Source of the DNA: Candidatus Hermodarchaeota archaeon
GTDB lineage: Archaea; Asgardarchaeota; Hermodarchaeia; Hermodarchaeales; Hermodarchaeaceae
Direction of reading: 5' to 3'
Length of the DNA: 24,628 nt
Assembly (NCBI GenBank): GCA_016840065.1
Contig: JAEOTB010000082.1
Location: 1 to 24,628, forward strand
The notes below the pieces were generated by a model. It worked only from the letters and a program-made list of their open reading frames with translations, was not told where the DNA came from and searched no databases. This document shows positions 1 to 7,851 of this stretch, piece by piece. Every line of letters begins with the position of its first letter. The stretch's first letter is position 1. A program made the translations under genes and the position numbers.

Positions 1-6
1 AACCCG

Positions 7-20
7 TAACGCTTATAAAC
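7..20 (+). promoter_or_regulatory. Putative archaeal BRE/TATA promoter (TAACGC-TTATAAA)
   Basis: GCTTATAAAC at 11-20 matches the TATA-like motif also seen at 6331-6340 and, on the minus strand, at 10362-10371. The transcript it drives is unclear. Confidence 0.4.
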
Positions 21-156
21 TAAACAAAAACGGACCATGACCACACAACAACCGGAACCAACCTCTAAGGAGCGAGGAAAAAAATGGACCCACGACCCGG
101 ACCACTACCACCAATCCCCGTGTAACAGCTATCCCGATGATATCTGTGTCTATTCT

Positions 157-196
157 GAGGACTGCGGCTCAGCCGCATCCTCCTCCCTTTTTCTTT
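157..196. terminator. GC-rich hairpin followed by a pyrimidine/T tract
   Basis: GAGGA-c-TGCGGC-tca-GCCGCA-TCCTC (157-182, 11 bp with one bulge), then CTCCCTTTTTCTTT. It lies just beyond the stop codon of the RimK-like gene. Confidence 0.45.
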
Positions 197-208
197 ATAT
201 TATCTGAG

Positions 209-1123
209 CTAGACGCGAAGCTCCTTTAGGACATGGGCTGCGATTTCCTGGGCCACGTCAATTCCGGTGATCTTCTGGAAGCCTGACCAATTCGGAGCAG
301 AATTACACTCACTCACGAGCAGCCCATCCTCTGCCTCGAGTAGGTCAATGCCGGCAAAGTCCATCTCCAGAGCTTCAGCGGCCTTAACAGCGATGTCCTC
401 CAGCTTGGGCGTTAAGGGACACTTTCTTGGGCGACCTCCTTGGGCAACGTTTGCCTTCCATTTCCCGGGCTTAGCGTAACGGTACATTGCTCCAAGGGCT
501 CTGCCACCAACTATCATCACTCGAATATCACGCGGCGGCATTGGCTTACCCTTCTCATCTTTGCTGGGTGTTTCAATGAACCTTTGGATGAACATGATCT
601 GGTCTGAGGTCTGGAGAACTTTGTAAATCCGGAAAGCCAAATCAGGGTCCTGGAGACGAAGCACACCGTGTCCCTGGGAGCCCCTGAGGGGTTTTGATAC
701 AACATCACCATATCGACGGGTCGCAGCCAATGCAGCTGCCATCCTCTCTGTAATCGTGGTATCGGGAATGGGGATTCCCTTATGAGCTAACCAAACAAGA
801 GTAGCCAGCTTGTCCTTGGCACGGCGGTGACTGTAAGTGCGGTTAAAAACCCGGATTCCAGCGAACTCCATACTCTCCAGTACGGAGATGCGGCTGGTAA
901 TCTGATCCGTTGACCCCCCTCCAATGCTACGCAAGATGACACCTTTCACATCAAGAGATTGACGACGGGGCAACATGAAAGTTGTGTCTCCCGTGCTGAG
1001 ATGAACGGTCACATCTTTCAAGCAGAAGGTTTTCACTTCACACCCCTGTTCCTCAAAGGCTTTAGCTAACCGCCGAGTAGGCCAGTTACGCCGCTCCCTT
1101 GCCATCGCGATACCAATCTTCAA
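209..1123 (-). CDS. RimK-family ATP-grasp alpha-L-glutamate ligase (MptN/CofF-like)
   Basis: Motifs AKDKLAT, GIPIPDT, KPLRGSQGHGV, FIQRFI, RDIRVMIVGG, WKANVAQGG, FAGIDLL and ECNSAPNW. TTG start with GGAGGT upstream. Substrate cannot be resolved from sequence. Confidence 0.9.
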   Translation of the reverse strand: MKIGIAMARERRNWPTRRLAKAFEEQGCEVKTFCLKDVTVHLSTGDTTFMLPRRQSLDVKGVILRSIGGGSTDQITSRISVLESMEFAGIRVFNRTYSHRRAKDKLATLVWLAHKGIPIPDTTITERMAAALAATRRYGDVVSKPLRGSQGHGVLRLQDPDLAFRIYKVLQTSDQIMFIQRFIETPSKDEKGKPMPPRDIRVMIVGGRALGAMYRYAKPGKWKANVAQGGRPRKCPLTPKLEDIAVKAAEALEMDFAGIDLLEAEDGLLVSECNSAPNWSGFQKITGIDVAQEIAAHVLKELRV

Positions 1124-1175
1124 ATTAAAACCTCCATCAAACCAGAAATGTCAATGGAAATCCGGAACAACATCA

Positions 1176-1616
1176 CTACCAGTGAGTAGTACTATTTAGA
1201 AGTCCTTCGATTCCGAGCCTCTTAATTTTTCTGAGGTTCTTGATATGAGCCTCCCCATGTATTGGTCTTAAGAAATCCGATTTGGAGCAGGATTCGAATT
1301 CGACACATTCCCAACATCCTTGGAGGTCTCGTTTCTGGCAGCATGCTCTGATTTTACAGGAGGGATTTCCACCGCCCCCACGACAGGCACGCTTACATCG
1401 AAGCCGCACCATCGCACCAAGTACCTCATAGCACACATCATAGTTTGAGAAGGCTTTGAAGTATTTCGAAAAACCTGGGGCGCTTTTAGCGAATTTCGCT
1501 TGCCTAAGTGTCTTCCGCAGGTCCCGCGCTTGGTCTGCAATCTTGCCCTGATAGCTGAAACAATCACCACAATACAGTCCACAGAAACCGAGAAGCTCCT
1601 TGTCACGTTCTGCCAT
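1176..1616 (-). CDS. DUF3795-family Cys-rich protein
   Basis: CGLYCGDC...CKRACRGGG...CKIRACC...CWECVEFESC pattern. ATG at 1616 follows an AGGTG RBS. Confidence 0.85.
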   Translation of the reverse strand: MAERDKELLGFCGLYCGDCFSYQGKIADQARDLRKTLRQAKFAKSAPGFSKYFKAFSNYDVCYEVLGAMVRLRCKRACRGGGGNPSCKIRACCQKRDLQGCWECVEFESCSKSDFLRPIHGEAHIKNLRKIKRLGIEGLLNSTTHW

Positions 1617-1710
1617 CACATACACCTTTCAAGGACTCATCAAAAGGGCTCTAAACAAGGACTCATCAGTGTTTAAATATCCTGAGTAGCGATGAACAGG
1701 ATGAATACCA

Positions 1711-1970
1711 TTAGACTGGACGAGTACTCCGGATGAAGTGCTCAAAAATCGCCTCACTGATCTGAAGCGGATAGGGGCGCGGAGGCGCCTTGAAACCATA
1801 GCTGCATACCAGATCAACGGGTCCGACGAAACCACAGTCCAAGCCTATCTGTACAGCTTGGATAACGTCGAGTAGAATGGACATGTTGTTAGGTGCATCC
1901 ATGCTCAAGAGCCATAAATCTATAATTATGCACCACCAATCCCTCGGGACTTGGGATAGAACCATCTTTC
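1711..1970 (-). pseudogene. Truncated, frameshifted duplicate of the 3' end of the ino1-like gene
   Basis: Aligns by eye with 6678-6941. 59 of the last 69 codons encode the same residue. A 4-nt deletion lies near 1925. There is no 5' part of the gene. Confidence 0.92.
1784..1806. repeat. 23-bp perfect direct repeat, copy 1 (candidate att core)
   Basis: GGCGCCTTGAAACCATAGCTGCA is identical to 6751-6773, inside an otherwise heavily diverged duplication. Confidence 0.85.
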
Positions 1971-2000
1971 AAGTTCATGTTAACAATCATAGATGTATCT

Positions 2001-3317
2001 TCATCTAGTAACTGATGCTTGTTTTAGTTTAACATAAACTATCGTTGAAATAATAAAAAGAACAATACAACAAATACCACTAATGACCATGTATTGCCAT
2101 ACCGCTAGACAGCGAGGGGAGAAAGCATCAAGATATGATAGTGCTTCCGCAAGTGCAAGGATTTGAACAGCACAGAACGAAGTTCCTATGTCATATAAAT
2201 CGCCTGAAAACAATCCATAGTTTTGTCCATATGCAAGAAAGAATGGAGAAGAGTAGCCGTGTTGCACCCAATTCACATCAAAGATTTGGAATTGATATGC
2301 AAGGCGTTGGCGATCCAAAGTGTTAGTGATAACAGCATTGAATCCCTCATTGTTAGCATCGAGGCCTCCAAGCAAATTGAGAGCGGTGAAAGCATAAAGT
2401 GTCTCCCAGATTCCCTCTCTGTCGTATGCTGCACCAAACCAAGGGTCCCCCTGTGGAATGATCTTGAAGTCTCCCAGGCTCGATTGGCAATTCCAGATGA
2501 ACTCGATTAATAATTCTTCATCTACGATGTTCTGGGTCTCCAATTGATTCAGAATGTTCAGGATTTGGATGGCACAATAGGTGTAAGGAAGGCCGCTCCC
2601 GGAATAACCTGTGACAAACCCCGAAGCTGAAACGCCGCTTGCGTTGGGAAATGGGCGGAACCCTCCATCGACACCAATGCAGTCAGCTACCCAGTCTATG
2701 GTCTTTGATGTATTAATTACTTCCAATGATTCTAAATCATCTAATATCGAAATTGCTAGATACGTACTAACTATATTACTCTGGTTGTAGGGATCTGGAT
2801 TAAGTAGAACCATTGGTAGCCCACTGCCTCCTTCAGGCTCGTAGAACGTCCCGCTAGATTCATTGTAATGATCCAATACCAGCTCTACCATCTTGGTACC
2901 ATTGATGAGCTGGAGCTGATTAAAAGTAGAAAGCGCCTTTACACATACAGTATTCATATACAAACCTAGGGGACTGGTTCCGAATGAGAAGCTACCAGTA
3001 GCCTGGTTCTGCTTAGACACAATGTAGTCAATTGCTGAAGACACATTAATGAATTCAAGGCTATTTAACTCTCTACTCATAATTAATGCCTCAGCGGTAC
3101 AAGGAAGACAACTTTCACTACTGGGAACAAGTCCCGAAAAGGAGAGGAACCCCCCATCAGGATTCTGACCTAAGCTTAGCGTTCTAATTAAGGTTTGACG
3201 ACGTGTCTCGAAGGCTGCAGCAGGAGGTATGAGTGCAAGGTATGTGGTCACCGAAAAAGTTAGGAGGGCTGCCACACTAATCAGGATGACAGCCCGTTTT
3301 AGACAAATACGGTTCAT
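2001..3317 (-). CDS. Secreted, C-terminally anchored prenyltransferase/squalene-cyclase-repeat (alpha/alpha-barrel) protein
   Basis: N-terminal signal peptide. Repeats QNPDGGF, IDYIVSKQNQATGSF, IDWVADCIGVDGGF, YTYCAIQILNIL and IEFIWNCQSSLGDF. C-terminal TM helix with a basic tail. The ATG directly abuts the upstream stop (TAAATG). Confidence 0.8.
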   Translation of the reverse strand: MNRICLKRAVILISVAALLTFSVTTYLALIPPAAAFETRRQTLIRTLSLGQNPDGGFLSFSGLVPSSESCLPCTAEALIMSRELNSLEFINVSSAIDYIVSKQNQATGSFSFGTSPLGLYMNTVCVKALSTFNQLQLINGTKMVELVLDHYNESSGTFYEPEGGSGLPMVLLNPDPYNQSNIVSTYLAISILDDLESLEVINTSKTIDWVADCIGVDGGFRPFPNASGVSASGFVTGYSGSGLPYTYCAIQILNILNQLETQNIVDEELLIEFIWNCQSSLGDFKIIPQGDPWFGAAYDREGIWETLYAFTALNLLGGLDANNEGFNAVITNTLDRQRLAYQFQIFDVNWVQHGYSSPFFLAYGQNYGLFSGDLYDIGTSFCAVQILALAEALSYLDAFSPRCLAVWQYMVISGICCIVLFIISTIVYVKLKQASVTR

Positions 3318-6287
3318 TTACATCAGTCGGAATGTTAAATCGTTGTTTATCCCCCAGTCACCAATGACTTCTGTTTGTCTCGGATATAGGATGACAACTT
3401 GTTGAGCAGCCCAAGCTTTCATGAAGAGATTTAGGTTAAGAACAGTGGTCTGATAAGGATTAATGAAATACAGAGTCGCGTAGACAACTGTCTCACCCCA
3501 ATCCGAAAACCCATCACCATTATCATCCCTTCCTTCGAAGCGAACACCTTCAGCAAAACTGTATTGGTCGAAGCCATCTGCTGGGGCGAACGTATCTACA
3601 AGGATTGGTATAGTCCCATAGACTAGTCCAGCCCACCAGTTCAATGCTCCTACGCCTTTGGCTGATGCCATCCACCAAAGCCTGTCCATCCAATTACTGT
3701 CTCCTTGATTCGACCGTTCCACGCCGGAATTCCCGACATCAATAAGAACACCAATCTCTGGTTCAGGAAGTTCGGGATAGAAGTAGATATCTGTTCTCGA
3801 TAGAAAATCCCAGAAGTAAAGGAAGGTTGCGCTCAACATGTGAGCTCGGACAGAGAATCGCATATCAAGAGCTAGTAGAACTTTGTCTTCGGGAGTATAG
3901 TATTCGTATCTCAAGCTTCCAGGAACATAGGTAATATGAAATGATGCGGATAACTCACGAGTATAAATACCACTACCGATTCCACTACAACAATCGTGTG
4001 TAGCAGAACCATAAGCCCTGCTGATTTCAGACTTTGCTTCCTCGATTGCTAGCGCTGTCGAAATGTAGCCTTTCAGATTGTCATCAACAGGCTCATTTTC
4101 TAGTCCGTTATTGTTGGCGTCTTTCGCTAAGCCACTGTGAATATAGAAGCCTGGATTATCACCATGCATAACAAATGCACCTGTGTATGTCTTACCGTTA
4201 GTTTCTCCAGCGTAACCTCCACAGTCCAGATACAACCCTCCGCCAGTCAAGTAAGAATACCCTAGGATATCAGGTGATTCTGGTAAACTATAGATGGTTG
4301 AAAATCCGTAGCTACTGAAGCCAGCACCATCGCTCGTACCGAATTTCACTAGTGATTGCTCACTGCTCATCGGAAGCTGATCCATATTTAAGAAATGTTT
4401 CAGCCCATTAGCTCCGATTTCTGCGCCACCACAGGTAATATCAGTTGGCCAGTAATCCTTGTTACTGACATAATAGTGACTAACACCTGATACAGAGGCC
4501 CAAACCCACCTGTTGTTTCGACAGGTATAGGAGAGAGCCGAGAACCAGCCAGCCCAGTCAGGCGTAACGGGATCCGCTTCCCATATGATTGTCTCGGGCA
4601 CTGGAGCTGTCCATTGATGATAGAACTCGGTGTTTTCGTAGCGACCTTTTGAAACTATCATGAAGTCACGTGATGTGAAAATTGGGTGTTCTGAAGCAGG
4701 TTGAAACTTGGCGAGAAACTTCTGTCCGGGTGTTAGTTCGACATAAGTCTCATCGTTTTTCACGAGATCTGATGCAATATTCGTATAATCCCAGTTCTTT
4801 GCTGTAATGAGAGGTGCTTCTCGGACTATTAACGGGCTTGGAATGCTTGTATCAAAACCGATGAAATCTAGTTTGTGGTTAGCGGTGAACCGAATCCGTA
4901 TTTCTACTGGATCACTGGCTATCCCTAAGTGTTGCTTGAGATCTACAACCTCCATCGCCCAGAGCGAGCGAGTGGGTAGAACCTCCACCTCACGCCAAGT
5001 ACCCCACTTATCTAGGACATCAACGTGGAGAGACAGCTTCATATCCCTGTCAGCGTGCATCAATAACTTGAGGTTAGTCAAAACTTCAGATTCTGGAAGC
5101 CGTAGGTGAAGATAATCACCATCGTACCCTTCAAACCAATCATCATCAATGGTTGAAAGAGCTGCGAATACATCATTGCCTTCACTGTCAACCATGTAAG
5201 AGGGAGGAGTCGGATCACGGTAAGTAAGAAGCTGTCCGTCTTGGGTGACCGCGACATTGACATCAGGTGCGTGGTCCACCGTCTGTAGTTTGAGACTATC
5301 GATGTAGTCGTGTTCTGATTGATGTTCACCGATAACAAAGTAGTGAAGCCCGTCTCGCATCACTGGTGTATGCTGGAGAAAATAATAGTCAATCACATCA
5401 TTGGTTCCATTCACTGGAGACCCAATTAGTATGTTGTTTTCCAGTTCATAGACGGTGCCATTCCAAATGTAGAGGTGTGGACATCCTCCTGGTGGTGGAT
5501 CTGGTGGTGGATCTGGCGGTGGATCGGGTTCCTCAATGAATATATTAATAGTCTGAAAAACAGAGACATCAGTGTAGGATGTTGATTTTACTTGGAACTC
5601 GTACCAATAGTCTCCAGGGAGACTAGTCGTGTCCCATGTAGCGTGGAAGCGCTGAGTTCCACCGCTGAAAGTCATATGTTGCCATGGGAACCACGTAGGT
5701 CCCCCTTGAGGACGAAACCGATATTCACAGTATTCGATGCCTCTTTGTCCTAGTGAAGCGAATGCAGTTTCCATAGTGAGTGCATGCACTTGCACTAATC
5801 CCTTTTCGAGGTATTGACCATCGTATGGGTGTGAAATCTCGAGGCGAACGAGGTACTCAACTGGAATTGGAACTACTTCACCATGAGTGTTCACGATGAT
5901 GGCTCCTTCGGGCGGTTGTTCAACAAGATCAATGAACTCGTTCATTGTACTGATGTAAGTGACTTGTCCACCAATACCGATTTCACGTGCAACCCCGCCT
6001 ATGCAGTACTTGACAGGGACGTCATTAGCATCATTGATGGCGCTTTGAACGCCAGATATTACATCATCACGACTACCAACAAAGCGGTCAAGTGCACGGT
6101 CTATGTCAATGACAAAGACCGGAATCTCATGGTCTTCAACAGTTACCTGCTTTTCTGCATAAGATCGCGATACTGAGACCTTTGCAGAAGCACTAGTATT
6201 GGGTGTTACTAAGATACTACTCGTTATGAAGGCGAATATAAGAAAAACAGATAACACTATTAGTGTTTTCCTTCGATTTGAAACCAT
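3318..6287 (-). CDS. Large secreted multidomain protein of unknown function (~990 aa)
   Basis: Signal peptide (RRK plus hydrophobic stretch), Ig-like segment (LEISHPYDG...WDTTSLPGDYWYEFQVK), (DPPP)3 linker and GGCPHLYIWNG motif. ATG at 6287 follows a GGTGA RBS; the ORF track starts at GTG 6296. Confidence 0.85.
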   Translation of the reverse strand: MVSNRRKTLIVLSVFLIFAFITSSILVTPNTSASAKVSVSRSYAEKQVTVEDHEIPVFVIDIDRALDRFVGSRDDVISGVQSAINDANDVPVKYCIGGVAREIGIGGQVTYISTMNEFIDLVEQPPEGAIIVNTHGEVVPIPVEYLVRLEISHPYDGQYLEKGLVQVHALTMETAFASLGQRGIEYCEYRFRPQGGPTWFPWQHMTFSGGTQRFHATWDTTSLPGDYWYEFQVKSTSYTDVSVFQTINIFIEEPDPPPDPPPDPPPGGCPHLYIWNGTVYELENNILIGSPVNGTNDVIDYYFLQHTPVMRDGLHYFVIGEHQSEHDYIDSLKLQTVDHAPDVNVAVTQDGQLLTYRDPTPPSYMVDSEGNDVFAALSTIDDDWFEGYDGDYLHLRLPESEVLTNLKLLMHADRDMKLSLHVDVLDKWGTWREVEVLPTRSLWAMEVVDLKQHLGIASDPVEIRIRFTANHKLDFIGFDTSIPSPLIVREAPLITAKNWDYTNIASDLVKNDETYVELTPGQKFLAKFQPASEHPIFTSRDFMIVSKGRYENTEFYHQWTAPVPETIIWEADPVTPDWAGWFSALSYTCRNNRWVWASVSGVSHYYVSNKDYWPTDITCGGAEIGANGLKHFLNMDQLPMSSEQSLVKFGTSDGAGFSSYGFSTIYSLPESPDILGYSYLTGGGLYLDCGGYAGETNGKTYTGAFVMHGDNPGFYIHSGLAKDANNNGLENEPVDDNLKGYISTALAIEEAKSEISRAYGSATHDCCSGIGSGIYTRELSASFHITYVPGSLRYEYYTPEDKVLLALDMRFSVRAHMLSATFLYFWDFLSRTDIYFYPELPEPEIGVLIDVGNSGVERSNQGDSNWMDRLWWMASAKGVGALNWWAGLVYGTIPILVDTFAPADGFDQYSFAEGVRFEGRDDNGDGFSDWGETVVYATLYFINPYQTTVLNLNLFMKAWAAQQVVILYPRQTEVIGDWGINNDLTFRLM
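5490..5525. repeat. 12-bp coding tandem repeat x3 (DPPP linker)
   Basis: TGGTGGTGGATC TGGTGGTGGATC TGGCGGTGGATC. Confidence 0.9.
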
Positions 6288-6330
6288 TTCCTTCACCTAG
6301 CTGGTGACTTCCTGTAAGAATGATGTGCGT

Positions 6331-6340
6331 GCTTATAAGT
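6331..6340 (-). promoter_or_regulatory. TATA box for the cassette operon
   Basis: Near-palindromic (G)CTTATAAG(T) about 45 bp upstream of the start codon. Confidence 0.55.
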
Positions 6341-6398
6341 ATTTGCATAAAAACCGATGGATTTCACGTTTGCGTTCTCCAAAGGCTATAGAACTTAC

Positions 6399-6414
6399 TA
6401 ACGCGACTTAACGC
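6399..6414. promoter_or_regulatory. TAACGC-N4-TAACGC phased direct repeat
   Basis: The same hexamer pair with the same 10-bp period occurs at 10493-10508. Confidence 0.45.
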
Positions 6415-6677
6415 TAATCCCTCTTCTTCCATATCCACCGAGTTAATCCAATTATCCAAGGTTAACAACTACTTCAAATGAAATGGCTGAACATTGCTTC
6501 AGATAATCTGTAGAGAACATGGTTGAGAAGGTCGCCTGAAACCATGCAAACAAAAGACCTAACAGGATCACAAAGGTCCTCATTCTTTCCGACTTGCACT
6601 CCAAGAATCGCTCTAAAAGGGCAATCAGCTGTTCGGTGCATCCATACTTATCAGACGCATATCTATCTTCAGTTCCC

Positions 6678-7742
6678 CTAAACTGGGCGCGTGCTGCGGA
6701 CATAGTGCTCAAAGATGGCTTCACTGATTTGAAGTGGATACGGACGTGGGGGCGCCTTGAAACCATAGCTGCACACAGGATCAATCGGTCCCACAAACCC
6801 CCGGTCCAACCCTATCTGCACGGCCCGAATCACATCAAGCAGGATAGAGGTGCTATTAGGAGCATCCATACTCATCAACCGCAAATCAATCACAATTTCA
6901 GCGCCACCAATCCCTCTTGACCGACAGAAGAACCAGCTTTCGCGACGATTCTCAAGGAAGTAGACATAGTCGGTACTGCCCGCGGTGACGGGTACATCGT
7001 AGGGTACTTCGGTCGATACGCTCTTGCTTTTGAGGGCGCGTTTCTGGTCCCGGGCTCGGTGTAGGGCGTCAAGTGATTCAGTGCCTCCGCCCACATCTAG
7101 CTGGTAGCTCTCAATGATGCGGGCACCCCTACTTGTCAGGAAGGATAGGAGTGCTTTGTGGAGGGCTGTAGCGCCTAGCTGGGACATCAGGTCATCTCCA
7201 ACGATGGGCACCTGTGCCTTGGTGAATTTCTGTGCCCATTTCTCCTCGGTGGCTAGTAGTACTGGTGTGGTGTTGATGAAAGCGATACCTGCCTTGAGGC
7301 ACTCTTTGGCATAAAATTGGACGGCTTCTTTGGCCCCTCCAGGAAGGAGACACACCAAGATTTTTGCCCCACTCTTCTTCAGTGCGGCTGCCACATCAAC
7401 AGGTTTCTCTTTGCTTTCCAGAACTATTTCTTTTAGTTCAGAGGCGATACCATCTAGGGTGGGTCCTCTCTGAACTGTAACCCTCATGGAGGGTACCTTC
7501 GTGAACACTGGTGCGTTATTGGGTTCAGAAAAGATTGCCTTGCTCAAATCCTCGCCGACTTTTCGCTTGTCTACATCGAAAGCAGCGACTACCTCGATGT
7601 CGGCTAATTCGTAAGAGCCCAGGATGGGATGAGCGAGTTCTGCAGTGTCGCCCGAATTGCCTCCACCATAATGGTGCAGGGATTGGACGAGGCTGCTAGC
7701 ACAGTTACCCACGCCAACTAAAGCGACTTTGATTTTTGCCAT
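6678..7742 (-). CDS. ino1: myo-inositol-1-phosphate (inositol-3-phosphate) synthase family protein, divergent
   Basis: GVGNCASSLVQ, VAAFDVDKRKVGEDLSKAIFSEPNN, RGPTLDG, GDDxxSQLGAT, YQLDVGG, DAPNS and FKAPP motifs. Several active-site positions are non-canonical. Confidence 0.88.
   Translation of the reverse strand: MAKIKVALVGVGNCASSLVQSLHHYGGGNSGDTAELAHPILGSYELADIEVVAAFDVDKRKVGEDLSKAIFSEPNNAPVFTKVPSMRVTVQRGPTLDGIASELKEIVLESKEKPVDVAAALKKSGAKILVCLLPGGAKEAVQFYAKECLKAGIAFINTTPVLLATEEKWAQKFTKAQVPIVGDDLMSQLGATALHKALLSFLTSRGARIIESYQLDVGGGTESLDALHRARDQKRALKSKSVSTEVPYDVPVTAGSTDYVYFLENRRESWFFCRSRGIGGAEIVIDLRLMSMDAPNSTSILLDVIRAVQIGLDRGFVGPIDPVCSYGFKAPPRPYPLQISEAIFEHYVRSTRPV
6751..6773. repeat. 23-bp perfect direct repeat, copy 2 (candidate att core)
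   Basis: Identical to 1784-1806. Encodes CSYGFKA(P) in the intact gene. Confidence 0.85.
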
Positions 7743-7851
7743 GATGTTGTAGCCCCTGACTAATAGTTTACAGTCATAAAGTAATAGGACTAGAGGGCGT
7801 TCTTGTCTCTATGGATTTAAGCGTTTCCATGTCCCAGATTTTTCCACTCAG

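Larger units (their letters stand above)
1784..6773. mobile_element. Putative ~5-kb integrated cassette in the ino1-like 3' end, with no integrase inside
   Basis: Flanked by the duplicated gene end and 23-bp cores 4967 bp apart. The cargo is visibly more AT-rich than the flanks. Confidence 0.7.

Noticed and set aside
132-161. SECIS element or complete C/D box sRNA
   Set aside because: The ATGA...GA spacing is too short for a SECIS, there is no in-frame UGA gene upstream, and only one C/D-like pair is present.
1629-1835. ORFs 1629-1835 and 6452-6796 resemble each other (AAMVSRR...IxFxSV)
   Set aside because: They are alternative-frame shadows of the duplicated ino1 3' end, not a gene family.
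1711-1965. 84-aa ORF as an independent gene
   Set aside because: Its N-terminus is an out-of-frame reading upstream of a 4-nt deletion; it is a remnant.
2001-3317. Rab geranylgeranyltransferase acting on the Rab-like GTPase, together with the CAAX-type protease
   Set aside because: The protein is predicted to be extracellular and lacks evident Zn ligands, the GTPase has no C-terminal cysteine, and the genes are far apart.
6452-6583. 43-aa hydrophobic ORF MRTFVILLGLLFAWFQ...
   Set aside because: No RBS, promoter or recognisable motif; it cannot be supported.
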